IMG/VR virus record: IMGVR_UViG_3300030419_004857
Span: 97,266-161,265 of that record
Strand: one strand, 5' to 3'
Source: a virus
DNA length: 64,000 nucleotides
Position numbers and translations under genes: made by a program. The notes below the pieces were generated by a model that ran no database searches, had not been told where the DNA came from, and saw nothing but the letters and a program-made list of their open reading frames with translations. Below, piece by piece: positions 19,615-28,992 of this stretch (position 1 is the stretch's first letter; each line of letters opens with the position of its first letter).

Positions 19615-20482
19615 GCTCCTTCTGTAAAAATTTAAAACTTAATGGTATCTCATTGTGACACCACGACACGTTTTGGAACATAGGTTCCAAAGCATTTAAA
19701 TCAATAACCTCTCCATCAAGATAACGTTTGTTCAAATCACTCTCAGTATGTGGGTTAATTTGTCCTGAAATCATTGGTGGATCTTGAACACAGTTGCAAG
19801 GAATGCTAAAAAGAACATTCTGTCTGTATGCCACCATATGATCTCCGAGACTGTTGGTTTCGTCAAAAACTTTTCCACCTCTCCTTGTTCTTCCAGCTAA
19901 TATTCCCTCCCACTGTCTTAAATAATCAAACTCATACTTCGTAGTTAATTCCGCTAATTCGCCGCCCCTATAAATATGACCGTCTAACGAAATAGGATAT
20001 CCGTAATTCAATTTTGAATCCCATTCTAGCCAATTCCATTTAACAAAATGAGGACTAACGACGGGGTTCTGTAAGTAGTATTTATATTTTGGTTGTAGGT
20101 AATCTTGTACTGCGGTGTTCAACCCCATGCGAAAAGAAAAACAAAACACGTCATCTTCAAATTGTTGTTCAATCAATCCTGCCCCACTAGGAAGCTTCTT
20201 ATAAAAAATACAGTCGTCTACAATCCCGCAGATATAGCCAGCACTATAATCAATAATAGTTCCAATAAAGTCTTTTGTAAAGTCTTTTTCTCTTTGCCAC
20301 TCGATATTTTCCAAAATTTTTTCTTCTTGTAGTTTTATATATCCAGCTTCATATTCGTCATTGGATGCAGTATATAGGATATGAATTTTTGTAAAGACAT
20401 CGTTCGTATTTTGTTTGATACTTTCTAATAACAATCTAAGCTGACAAGCTCTGTCTTTTGACGGCACTAAAGCGTTTATCAT
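19592..20482 (-). CDS. GT-A-like glycosyltransferase
   Basis: SKDRACQL, VDDC, YGYPISLDGHIY. Confidence 0.65.
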   Translation of the reverse strand: MINALVPSKDRACQLRLLLESIKQNTNDVFTKIHILYTASNDEYEAGYIKLQEEKILENIEWQREKDFTKDFIGTIIDYSAGYICGIVDDCIFYKKLPSGAGLIEQQFEDDVFCFSFRMGLNTAVQDYLQPKYKYYLQNPVVSPHFVKWNWLEWDSKLNYGYPISLDGHIYRGGELAELTTKYEFDYLRQWEGILAGRTRRGGKVFDETNSLGDHMVAYRQNVLFSIPCNCVQDPPMISGQINPHTESDLNKRYLDGEVIDLNALEPMFQNVSWCHNEIPLSFKFLQKEHEYARSN

Positions 20483-21330
20483 TAATTTTCCGATTCAAAG
20501 TGATATTGAATTTCTTGATGACATCCTTTCACATTGGAAAAATCCATAGCGTCCAGATCTATGAATTGCCCAGATAAAAATAATCTGTTCAGTTCTCTTA
20601 ATTCAACTCCATAAACCTCTCCAGCTTTATTCTTTGATGATCCAACAATGTTTATAGGGTCGTTTACAACAACGCTTTCATTAAGACAGGCCATAAAAGG
20701 GGGTGAAGTTTGTCGATTAAAACTATCGGATTTCTCAAAATTGTTGGGAGTATCAAAGTCGTATGTCATCATTTTCAAGATTCGTTTTGTTTTGTATATG
20801 TGACCATCAACAGAAAAGGGATAGCCAAAATTGGTATTGTTGGGAATTTTAGTCCAATCCCAGACTACATACTCGCCATTATTTACTATTATTTTTTCCT
20901 TGGGAAGAGGGCATATTGTTTGATTGTACTGACTTTGTACTGTTGTATTTGACCCAAGTCTTAATGAAAGACATAATAACAGATCCTTTTTATCATTAAA
21001 ATGCTCGAACAGTGTGTCAACAGAATTTATAGAAATATCTATTCTTCTATAAACAATGTCATCGTCAGTAAAAAAGCAAACATATTTGTCTGACTGGTTG
21101 ATTGCTTCTAATGTTATCTTTTTGAAATCTGAAGGAGGTGTTTGTTGTTTAATCCATCGTATATTTTTGTGCTGACTTTGTAGTAGATCATATCCCTCTT
21201 GAAATTCATTATCGGATGCGCTATAAATTATTGTTATATCAAAAAGATGAGAACAATTTTTTCTTATACTATCTAAAAGCAAGTTGAGTTGACTGGCTCT
21301 GTCTTTGGAAAAGATAATAGCAGATATCAT
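20482..21330 (-). CDS. GT-A-like glycosyltransferase
   Basis: FSKDRASQL, FFTDDD, FGYPFSVDGHIY. Confidence 0.65.
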   Translation of the reverse strand: MISAIIFSKDRASQLNLLLDSIRKNCSHLFDITIIYSASDNEFQEGYDLLQSQHKNIRWIKQQTPPSDFKKITLEAINQSDKYVCFFTDDDIVYRRIDISINSVDTLFEHFNDKKDLLLCLSLRLGSNTTVQSQYNQTICPLPKEKIIVNNGEYVVWDWTKIPNNTNFGYPFSVDGHIYKTKRILKMMTYDFDTPNNFEKSDSFNRQTSPPFMACLNESVVVNDPINIVGSSKNKAGEVYGVELRELNRLFLSGQFIDLDAMDFSNVKGCHQEIQYHFESEN

Positions 21331-21332
21331 TA

Positions 21333-21662
21333 TTACTCCTTTGGAACACAGTTTCCATCTTTCTCTACGTATCCTTCGTTACAATTGGGTGGATAGCCAG
21401 CCTTATCATCGGCATAAGATTCTGATACTTTATTTAAAATATGATCTGGCATTTTTGATGCTTCAATAAGATCTTGCGCTCGCTGCGTTAGAAAGTAATG
21501 ATGTTTTTTATATTCGGCGCTTGACATAGTACCATCTCTCCATTGACTATGGCAAAACGCCACCCTTTGTTGTTGATTTGGAAACTTGTTTTTGGATTCT
21601 CTACTAGCCATACATCTTGATATAAATTTAGACTGTCTCTCGCCTTCACGGGGATGTGGCAT
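21333..21662 (-). CDS. hypothetical phage protein
   Basis: PxPxxGExxxxFISRCM...QRVAFCxSQW. Confidence 0.55.
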   Translation of the reverse strand: MPHPREGERQSKFISRCMASRESKNKFPNQQQRVAFCHSQWRDGTMSSAEYKKHHYFLTQRAQDLIEASKMPDHILNKVSESYADDKAGYPPNCNEGYVEKDGNCVPKE

Positions 21663-22734
21663 TGATAATCTCCTTGGCTGTATTCTCCCAAGAATACTTT
21701 TTAGCGGTCTCTATGCCGCCGGAATTTGTATGTAGATTTCCAGATTGTTTGAGGTCATGAATCATGCGCAGATGTTCTACTAAAGAGTTAAATTGTGCGT
21801 CTTCAATTTTGGCCCAGTTGCCTTGTCCAAAAAACCACTTGCCGTCCTGTGCTGGTTCAACACCGTCTGTGTCTATCAGAAGACAATTATTGTTATTGCA
21901 AAATTCAGTATGCGCGGAATAATTGGTGGCTATCACCTGTTTTCCGCAACTCATCATCTCCAGTAACTCTAAATTCCAACCTTCTGCTCTAGCAGGAAAC
22001 ACTCCACAATCTGTTTGTATCATAATATTATACACATCATTTTGCGTTTGCTGCCTCGGAATCATTCTAATCTTATTACCCAATCCAGACTCCTTGTACA
22101 TCATCTCCCAATTGGCGTTTTCTTCCCTAGAATAGAAAGGGTTTTCGCACATCATCCATAGTTCAACATCGTCTTCTTCTCCAAAGGCTTCATTAAAAGC
22201 TTTAACAAGTATATCATGCCCTTTTCTTACTTCCCACTTGCCACAATTGAAGAAGACCGTCTCTTTTCTGGGGGAAGGTGCTTCTCTGAAAATATCTCTG
22301 TCTACTCCTAAAGGTATAATATGAGTATTAAGGGCTATGTTGTCATTTTTATATTGATTATACAAATTGGTAACTACAACATCTTTTGCCCACTGACTGC
22401 AAACAAAGATCTTATCTAGGTAGTCTAGGTGGTGCATCTCTTGGGCGGTGAACGTGTCCAGTTCAAAAATGGGAAATCCTATGTGTTGTCCCCTGCCGAT
22501 GAATTCAGCCATTGCATGTTGATGCCATATGCGTATACATGGGGCATGAAAATCAGGAACCCCGGCGTTGTTCACACAGGATTGTAATACGTTAGAGTAT
22601 TCGGGAGGGGCTTCTACGTGTCCTATGGTAAATAGACTTACATCATGCTCCAATTCTGACAAAGCCTTAACAATATTAAGACCCGCTATACCGTAGCCCA
22701 ACTGGTTAATGGGCGATATGACGTTTAGATTCAT
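21646..22734 (-). CDS. GT4-family glycosyltransferase
   Basis: RKGHDIL, FPARAEGWNLELLE, IATNYSAH, YSWEN. Confidence 0.85.
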   Translation of the reverse strand: MNLNVISPINQLGYGIAGLNIVKALSELEHDVSLFTIGHVEAPPEYSNVLQSCVNNAGVPDFHAPCIRIWHQHAMAEFIGRGQHIGFPIFELDTFTAQEMHHLDYLDKIFVCSQWAKDVVVTNLYNQYKNDNIALNTHIIPLGVDRDIFREAPSPRKETVFFNCGKWEVRKGHDILVKAFNEAFGEEDDVELWMMCENPFYSREENANWEMMYKESGLGNKIRMIPRQQTQNDVYNIMIQTDCGVFPARAEGWNLELLEMMSCGKQVIATNYSAHTEFCNNNNCLLIDTDGVEPAQDGKWFFGQGNWAKIEDAQFNSLVEHLRMIHDLKQSGNLHTNSGGIETAKKYSWENTAKEIINATSP

Positions 22735-23659
22735 CTATTTGTTCCTTCCAGTACGATAATTTTGCCCGACTTAGATCATATTCCATATTTTGAAACTTTT
22801 CATGCTGATCTTGTAAAAAGTTATAGTTGATTTGATTCCAGTTGTCAATAATTAATATTGGCAAATCTCTTAAATATTGTGTGGTTGGAGAATTCAAAAC
22901 TATGGGAATGCAGCCTACATAAATAGCCTCCAACGTTCGATAACAATCCACTCCGTTTCCCGCAGGACATACAACAAAAGCATGTTGGGCTAATTCATCT
23001 AAAAACTCAGAAAATTCCTTTGGCTCTTCTACGATTGTCATCCAGTGGGTTTTATTGGATTTAAAAGCTTGTAGCAGACCGTGTCTCTCTACGGTATAAT
23101 TTTGCCAATTGATATACAACCAGTTTTGTTTTTCGTTTCCAGCATATTTTTTGGTTTTAGATATTTCTTCGCTGGCATCTTTTCCCACACCAAGCGGAAT
23201 GCCTTGAATTCTTTTGTCATAGGTCATGGAGTTGACTAAAAACCACTTCTTTACGTTTGGGGGAATCTCATTAAAAGTAGCTCTGGTATGCGCATAACAT
23301 CTAACCGAGTACATATCCTCTATATCGCATTGATCTCGGTCACAGGGGGCGGGAATTTCTAAAGAATTATATTCCAAGCGGGGAATAATTGATTGAGCAT
23401 ACGTAGAAAGCCATTTTAACATATCCATGCAAACCGGATATTCTTTTTGGAGAGCCACTCCATAATCACTGAATCCACTTATGACAACATACTCATTGTT
23501 GGTGTGGCTACATTTATCAAAAAATTCTGTAATATGTTCTATATTACAATATACAACTCCAGATTCTGGAATGGAGTCATCTTTGTGATCAATCTCATAA
23601 TTACAATCTCCAAGATCCATCCACGACTTCACCGTTATAATATCATCTTTTGAAATCAT
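22706..23659 (-). CDS. exostosin/GT47-like glycosyltransferase
   Basis: FVVCPAGNGVDCYRTLEAIYVGCIPIV. Confidence 0.7.
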   Translation of the reverse strand: MISKDDIITVKSWMDLGDCNYEIDHKDDSIPESGVVYCNIEHITEFFDKCSHTNNEYVVISGFSDYGVALQKEYPVCMDMLKWLSTYAQSIIPRLEYNSLEIPAPCDRDQCDIEDMYSVRCYAHTRATFNEIPPNVKKWFLVNSMTYDKRIQGIPLGVGKDASEEISKTKKYAGNEKQNWLYINWQNYTVERHGLLQAFKSNKTHWMTIVEEPKEFSEFLDELAQHAFVVCPAGNGVDCYRTLEAIYVGCIPIVLNSPTTQYLRDLPILIIDNWNQINYNFLQDQHEKFQNMEYDLSRAKLSYWKEQIDESKRHIAH

Positions 23660-23693
23660 TTATCAGACTCGCTGACTCATTGAGCTATGAACA

Positions 23694-24617
23694 CTAAAAA
23701 TATAGTTTTTGGGTTTTCTCTAAGTAGCTTACAGTCTTCTCTAAGCCGGATTTTAATTCCGTTTTTGCTTCAAAACCCAAAAGCTCTTTTGCTTTAGAGA
23801 CATCTAAACATCGTCTCGGTTGTCCATCCGGCTTTGTTGTATCATACTCGATTTTACCATCAAAATTCATTATATCTGCTATCATCTCTACGAGGTCGCA
23901 GATTTTTATTTCTTTTCCTGTTCCAATATTAATCGGATCTGGTGGAACATCTTTTTCTACTGCGAACCGGACTGCCTCCGCACAATCTTCAACGTACAAA
24001 AATTCTCTGGACGCTTGTCCGGTTCCCCACAGTGTAATACTCTTTTCGTTATTACGGATAGCATGTTTTACTTTTAGTATTAATGCAGGAATTACATGTC
24101 CGCTGGTGAGATTAAAATGATCATATGGACCATACATATTTACTGGCAATAAATTGACACCGTTGAATCCATACTGTTCATGATATGTTTCTATTAACTT
24201 CATTAGAGCCTTTTTGGCTATACCATATGGAGCATTGGTTTCTTCTGGATAGCCATTCCATAATTCCGATTCTTGAAATGGAACCGGAGTAAACTTGGGG
24301 TAGGAACATACTGTACCTAGAAGAACAAACTTCTTAATCCCGTGTGTGTGGGAGCTATGGATTAGATTCGTTCCCATGATTAGGTTTTCATACATAAACT
24401 TACCGGGGTTTTCTTTGTTTGCTCCTATGCCTCCAACAGAACCGGCTGTGTGTACCACCACGTCTGGCTCTGCATCTTCTAATAGTTGATCGCACAGTTG
24501 TTGATTTCTCAGATCGTAAAATCCAGAACCAACCCCGTAGGCTTCATAAGATTCTTTAAGGATAGGTTCTAAATTCCTACCTAAAAATCCAGTTACACCT
24601 GTTATTAATATTTTCAT
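23694..24617 (-). CDS. fcl: GDP-L-fucose synthase
   Basis: VGGIGAN, LGTVCSYPK, YGIAK, SGHVIPAL, REFLYVED, KPDGQPRR. Confidence 0.9.
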   Translation of the reverse strand: MKILITGVTGFLGRNLEPILKESYEAYGVGSGFYDLRNQQLCDQLLEDAEPDVVVHTAGSVGGIGANKENPGKFMYENLIMGTNLIHSSHTHGIKKFVLLGTVCSYPKFTPVPFQESELWNGYPEETNAPYGIAKKALMKLIETYHEQYGFNGVNLLPVNMYGPYDHFNLTSGHVIPALILKVKHAIRNNEKSITLWGTGQASREFLYVEDCAEAVRFAVEKDVPPDPINIGTGKEIKICDLVEMIADIMNFDGKIEYDTTKPDGQPRRCLDVSKAKELLGFEAKTELKSGLEKTVSYLEKTQKLYF

Positions 24618-24698
24618 ACTGACTCAGAGGCTAACGCAAAGAAGCGGGTAAATTGGGCAGAGACAAAAAAATAAAAAGGGCTAAATAAAAAGAAGAAA

Positions 24699-24968
24699 CT
24701 ACTTACCACTTTCAGAAAAACGTTTTTCAACAAAATTCCAGTCAACATTGTTATATACTTCTTTGACACAGGAAACAAAAAAAGGATGAGATTTTTTAGC
24801 TTCTAGACATAACATACGAAAATGAGGTTGTATAGATTTGACCGGACCATTCAACCCCTGTTTATCCACATAATCGCAAACTATACTGGTAGCCCTATTG
24901 GGAAAACTAGACACTGAAACTTTTTCCACAGCCGCATCCTCCTGTTGCATTTGGATTTTCAAAAACAA
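24699..24968 (-). CDS. hypothetical protein
   Basis: 89 aa ORF overlapping the IscA end. Confidence 0.35.
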   Translation of the reverse strand: MFLKIQMQQEDAAVEKVSVSSFPNRATSIVCDYVDKQGLNGPVKSIQPHFRMLCLEAKKSHPFFVSCVKEVYNNVDWNFVEKRFSESGK

Positions 24969-25242
24969 AACCGCGCTTCATTAAATCTTCATACCAATCA
25001 ATCGTAACGCCTTGAATAAAAGGCTCACTCCTTTTATCCACTACTATTCCTATACCCGCTTGTGAATACATGCTATCATTGTTAACTGAATATTCTGATT
25101 CTTCTATAAAGCCCATGTTATATTCAAATCCAGAACATCCTCCACCAACGACACTAACCCGAAGCAACCTATTGGTTGCCTCGGGCGTGTCGTTCATGAG
25201 TTTTTTTAATTCTTTAACTGCTGCTTCAGTTAAAGTTATCAT
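24907..25242 (-). CDS. iscA: HesB/IscA Fe-S cluster assembly protein
   Basis: GGGCSGFEY and NPNATGGCGCGKSF. Confidence 0.92.
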   Translation of the reverse strand: MITLTEAAVKELKKLMNDTPEATNRLLRVSVVGGGCSGFEYNMGFIEESEYSVNNDSMYSQAGIGIVVDKRSEPFIQGVTIDWYEDLMKRGFVFENPNATGGCGCGKSFSV

Positions 25243-26477
25243 AGAATGACCTTTGCATCACTCTCTACGAAGTATCTTGGACGACCAGCAAAGTCAATCT
25301 TCTGAGTTTGAGGATCAATTCCAAGATGAGCAAACAAAGTAGCAGTAACATCCTTTGGGCCAAATGGGTCGCTCTTTGGAGTTTCCACCTTGGAAGTGGA
25401 TTCTCCAATTACCCTGCCCATATCGAAGTCCCCACCGCTGAACATAAGAGGACTAAGCTGGGGCCAGTGATCCCTACCACCATTTTTGTTAACACGGTAG
25501 GTTCGACCAAACTCTCCTGTCACAACTAGCAACACATCCTTGCTCATACCCCTGTCCTCTAGGTCATCAATAAAGGTGGACAAAGCGTGGTCAAGTGGCG
25601 GCATTCTTCCATCAAGAGACTTAGCGATATTGCTATGCATGTCCCAGCCTCCATAATGGAGCGTAACAAACCTAGTTCCATTTTCAACTAGGCGTCGGGC
25701 TAGAAGCATTTGTTCTCCCAATCCCTTGCCGTATCTATTACGGTTTGCTTCTGGTTCTTTTTTGAGATCAAAAGCCTCGCTAGCCTTGCCTAGAATTAGG
25801 CCATAAGACTGCTTACGCAAATCCGGCCAGATTTCAAGGTCGTTCTCAATCTTCAACCTATCCAGCCCACCGATAAGATCTCGCCTTTGAAGGAAGCGGT
25901 TGTTCTCCACTCTGGACTGAAGGTTTTTCACGCCTTCTCCACTTGCTTCGTATGGCTTATACTGACCACCAAGCCAAGCGGGTCCGTCAAAAGTGATACC
26001 ATTGATCTTTACATAGCTTGGCATACCATTAATAGGATGGTTTGTTCCGTACATAGAAGATACAATAGAACCATATGAAGGTTCGGTCTGCATTGACTGT
26101 GGGGTATTATCAGTTGAGTTATGACCAGTCATTACCCAATGAGTGCCAGTTCTGTGACTAGAATTTCTGTGAGCAAATGATCTAACAATAGCAATCTTAT
26201 CTGACCTAGTAGCCAGCTTGAGGAAGTTGCCACCAAGCAAGAAATCTCCCTTGGTCATAATTGCCCCATTGGTAGACCGCACTCCAACTGGAGCAGAGGG
26301 CTTGGGGTCAAAAGTTTCAATATGAGTTGCGCCCCCACCTAGCCACAACCAAACTACTGACTTTTCACCAGTAGGAAGATTGGCCGCATTAGCATCTGTT
26401 AGACCTACAGAAGAAAGAGCGGCGCTAATTCCTCCAACTTTCATAAAATCGCGTCTATTGAATTGAACATTAAACAT
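25239..26477 (-). CDS. DUF1501 domain protein with Tat signal
   Basis: NRRDFMK, WLGGGATHIETFDPKP, LARRLVENG, GWDMH, GEFGRT, GRDHW. Confidence 0.9.
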   Translation of the reverse strand: MFNVQFNRRDFMKVGGISAALSSVGLTDANAANLPTGEKSVVWLWLGGGATHIETFDPKPSAPVGVRSTNGAIMTKGDFLLGGNFLKLATRSDKIAIVRSFAHRNSSHRTGTHWVMTGHNSTDNTPQSMQTEPSYGSIVSSMYGTNHPINGMPSYVKINGITFDGPAWLGGQYKPYEASGEGVKNLQSRVENNRFLQRRDLIGGLDRLKIENDLEIWPDLRKQSYGLILGKASEAFDLKKEPEANRNRYGKGLGEQMLLARRLVENGTRFVTLHYGGWDMHSNIAKSLDGRMPPLDHALSTFIDDLEDRGMSKDVLLVVTGEFGRTYRVNKNGGRDHWPQLSPLMFSGGDFDMGRVIGESTSKVETPKSDPFGPKDVTATLFAHLGIDPQTQKIDFAGRPRYFVESDAKVIL

Positions 26478-26727
26478 TGGGCTTCTCCTTGGTATACCAA
26501 TTTAGACGGCTTGTATTGTAACGCTTAGGATCTGCAAGACCGTTATCTAGTCTATTCTTATCCGTTATATAGTAACCATGCTCATCCTGTATCACAACTT
26601 TATTTTCGTCATTAAGTTCTTCGGTCTTTTCTTCATCGACCATTGACTCATGACTGCCATACCTTGTAGGATATGTGTAAGGTTCTGGCTTTTTGATAAT
26701 CCTTTTCTGTCTAAGCTGTCGTACCAT
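26470..26727 (-). CDS. hypothetical protein
   Basis: 85 aa ORF in operon. Confidence 0.55.
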   Translation of the reverse strand: MVRQLRQKRIIKKPEPYTYPTRYGSHESMVDEEKTEELNDENKVVIQDEHGYYITDKNRLDNGLADPKRYNTSRLNWYTKEKPNV

Positions 26728-27337
26728 TTTTTACTCCATATACTTTTTCAAAATCAAAGAATCTCCATCTATCTAAATGATCCACAGTTTCGGAAGAATC
26801 TATTTCTCTAAGGTAGGCTAGAAGGTCTGCCCAAGTAGAAAAGATTAACTCGTGGGGTATAACCCCAAACAACCAATTAGGTAAACTGTTCTTTCCCTGC
26901 TCACATTTGATAAGCACTGGCTTCTTTTGGAAGACTGCCATAAATGCTTCATGGTAAGAACCACACATATGAACATCTACATCTAAATCCATAACCAGAA
27001 AATGTGCAATATCCACCATTCTCAAATCAACTGCACAAATTGGTTTCATAATTTCAGAAACCTTGGCGTAGTTGCCCACTTCTTTATAATAGTTGATGGC
27101 ATTTCTTGTGGTTTCATCTTCTGGGGCGAAGTCACTAGGTTTGTTGCAAGGGTTGTATACCCCAACACCCAAGTCGTAAAGATGGGGAGTAATCCATTCC
27201 CTCCAAGCAACCCCGCCATCCTCGACGCGATCCATAGCGCCGCATAAGTAACAAGTCATACCTTTTAATCTGTTCATTTTATATCGCCTCGTAAAATAAA
27301 AAGCACCCCTCTTTGGCTTGATCGAGGGTGAGACCAA
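26711..27337 (-). CDS. nucleoside 2-deoxyribosyltransferase-like protein (start probably 27277)
   Basis: YLCGAM, WRE, YNP, DLRMVD, GSYHE. Confidence 0.7.
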   Translation of the reverse strand: MVSPSIKPKRGAFYFTRRYKMNRLKGMTCYLCGAMDRVEDGGVAWREWITPHLYDLGVGVYNPCNKPSDFAPEDETTRNAINYYKEVGNYAKVSEIMKPICAVDLRMVDIAHFLVMDLDVDVHMCGSYHEAFMAVFQKKPVLIKCEQGKNSLPNWLFGVIPHELIFSTWADLLAYLREIDSSETVDHLDRWRFFDFEKVYGVKNGTTA

Positions 27338-27345
27338 AGAGGGGT
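27296..27345 (-). terminator. rho-independent terminator
   Basis: 12-bp stem ACCCCTCTTTGG/CCAAAGAGGGGT followed by a T-rich run on the minus strand. Confidence 0.7.
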
Positions 27346-27354
27346 ACTGAACAT

Positions 27355-27858
27355 TTAACCTTTCTTATAAAGATCTTTTAATAGGCTTTCTACATTATAA
27401 TATTTCTTAGATTTGACGGCTTCATTGACCATCCTAGTAGCTTCCGCTTTAGAGTGACCCATTGATCTCAAAGTTTCAACAGCATCTTCAATCACAGTTT
27501 TTGGAGTGGAAATCTTGTCCTTAACTTCTTCCTTTTTAAGAACGTGTTTGACAACCCACTCTCTAGCTCTGTGATCTCCTCCTTTAGCATCGTCAATAGC
27601 CATCCTACAAATCTCGTCCCAATCATCCTCACTAAATGGCTTCCTACTTTTCTTCCTAACTGTTGCAACTGTTTTTACTACAGGAGTAGCAGGAACAGCA
27701 GCAGGAGTAGGAGTGGCGTAGCTTACAGCATCCTCATCATCATCTACGAACACCTTTAGAAAGCCAACACGAAAATTATAAGCGATGATTAGCACAAATA
27801 TAATACCATAAATAGCCTGTTCACCATTAAAGTTTGGAGTATAGGCGAGCATGGTCAT
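27355..27858 (-). CDS. TM protein with C-terminal RuvA domain III/UBA-like helical domain
   Basis: EDAVETLRSMGHSKAEATRMV. Confidence 0.55.
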   Translation of the reverse strand: MTMLAYTPNFNGEQAIYGIIFVLIIAYNFRVGFLKVFVDDDEDAVSYATPTPAAVPATPVVKTVATVRKKSRKPFSEDDWDEICRMAIDDAKGGDHRAREWVVKHVLKKEEVKDKISTPKTVIEDAVETLRSMGHSKAEATRMVNEAVKSKKYYNVESLLKDLYKKG

Positions 27859-27867
27859 AGGACTACC

Positions 27868-28740
27868 TTAGTTAAGACCGGGATTATAACCTTCGTCGTT
27901 CCAGTCTTGCTCATCATATTCCTCAACATCCTCATTACGATGCATAAGGGTGGTCATGAAGTTAGCGAAGTCGTCCTGACTCCATTCTTGGCTATTCTGG
28001 TGATGGACAGGTTGCTCAAGTTTTCCCTCGTAATCAGCAACCACTTCGTATGCACAAGTACGAACCTTCTGGCACTCACAATCGAGAGGCACAGAAACAA
28101 CATCCTTGGGGTTCACCTTGACGATAACCACTTTATCATCGGTCTCTGGATCACCATTAATACGACTATAGCCTTCCACATACTCGATTGCACCACAGTG
28201 AAGACCTTCGCTGCAACCAACGTCACAGTTGTCGTTCACCTTACGGCGCTTCATGCCTACTTGCTGACCAACACTATTATCAATAGTGCCAGACCACTTA
28301 TCCTTGTAGTCATGGGTTACAGCCTTGTATGCCAGAAAACATCCATCATCAGTAATAGGCAGATTCTTATGCTCAAGGAAGGAGTACAATTCCTCCACAG
28401 CACGATTGCTGGGATTCTCAAGTACGTTGGCCAAGAAATTAAGCATAGGCTTGAAAGGGAAGCCATCCCTCATCATTTGCATAACACGATCAGTTAGCGC
28501 GTTATGAATCTCCTCTCCGTCATACTGAAGGATGCCATCCTTAATATCAACTTTTCCCTCAGTATAATTGAGGATAGACTTAGGGATGTCGAGCAACGGG
28601 ATCAAAGTAGCTTCATCGTTGTTACCAAGGCATTCCTTAATTGCCATGTAATTAGGATGGTCATGTCCAACTGTGTGACTTTCGTTGTTCACAACGATTG
28701 TCATAGTTCCGTTACCGCTTACAATGTAATTCATTTTCAA
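27868..28740 (-). CDS. rIIB: rIIB-like protein
   Basis: NPS, ITDDGCFLAYKAV, DNSVG, CSEGLH, VKVNPKDVVSVP, KVRTCAYEV. Confidence 0.9.
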   Translation of the reverse strand: MKMNYIVSGNGTMTIVVNNESHTVGHDHPNYMAIKECLGNNDEATLIPLLDIPKSILNYTEGKVDIKDGILQYDGEEIHNALTDRVMQMMRDGFPFKPMLNFLANVLENPSNRAVEELYSFLEHKNLPITDDGCFLAYKAVTHDYKDKWSGTIDNSVGQQVGMKRRKVNDNCDVGCSEGLHCGAIEYVEGYSRINGDPETDDKVVIVKVNPKDVVSVPLDCECQKVRTCAYEVVADYEGKLEQPVHHQNSQEWSQDDFANFMTTLMHRNEDVEEYDEQDWNDEGYNPGLN

Positions 28741-28752
28741 TACCTTTTTAAG

Positions 28753-28992
28753 TTACGCAGACTGACAAACCTTAAGACCGACAACCTTGCTCACACTAAA
28801 TGACTTAGTATCTACATCATTTTCGATGGTAAAAAACGGGCCTTGGGGACCAACCCCAAAGTCAACCAACTCACCATGACGAGGCTTATCATTATAGGTG
28901 AACTCAATGTCACTGTTAATGGCCTTACCCAAAACATCCTTCAATTCACTAAAACTCTTTCCACTAATTCTCATCTTTACTTTCCTTCTCAA
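28753..28992 (-). CDS. small Sm/WYL-like beta protein, paralog of 61784..61963
   Basis: FTYNDKPRHG...GPQG...KSFS. Confidence 0.55.
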   Translation of the reverse strand: MRRKVKMRISGKSFSELKDVLGKAINSDIEFTYNDKPRHGELVDFGVGPQGPFFTIENDVDTKSFSVSKVVGLKVCQSA

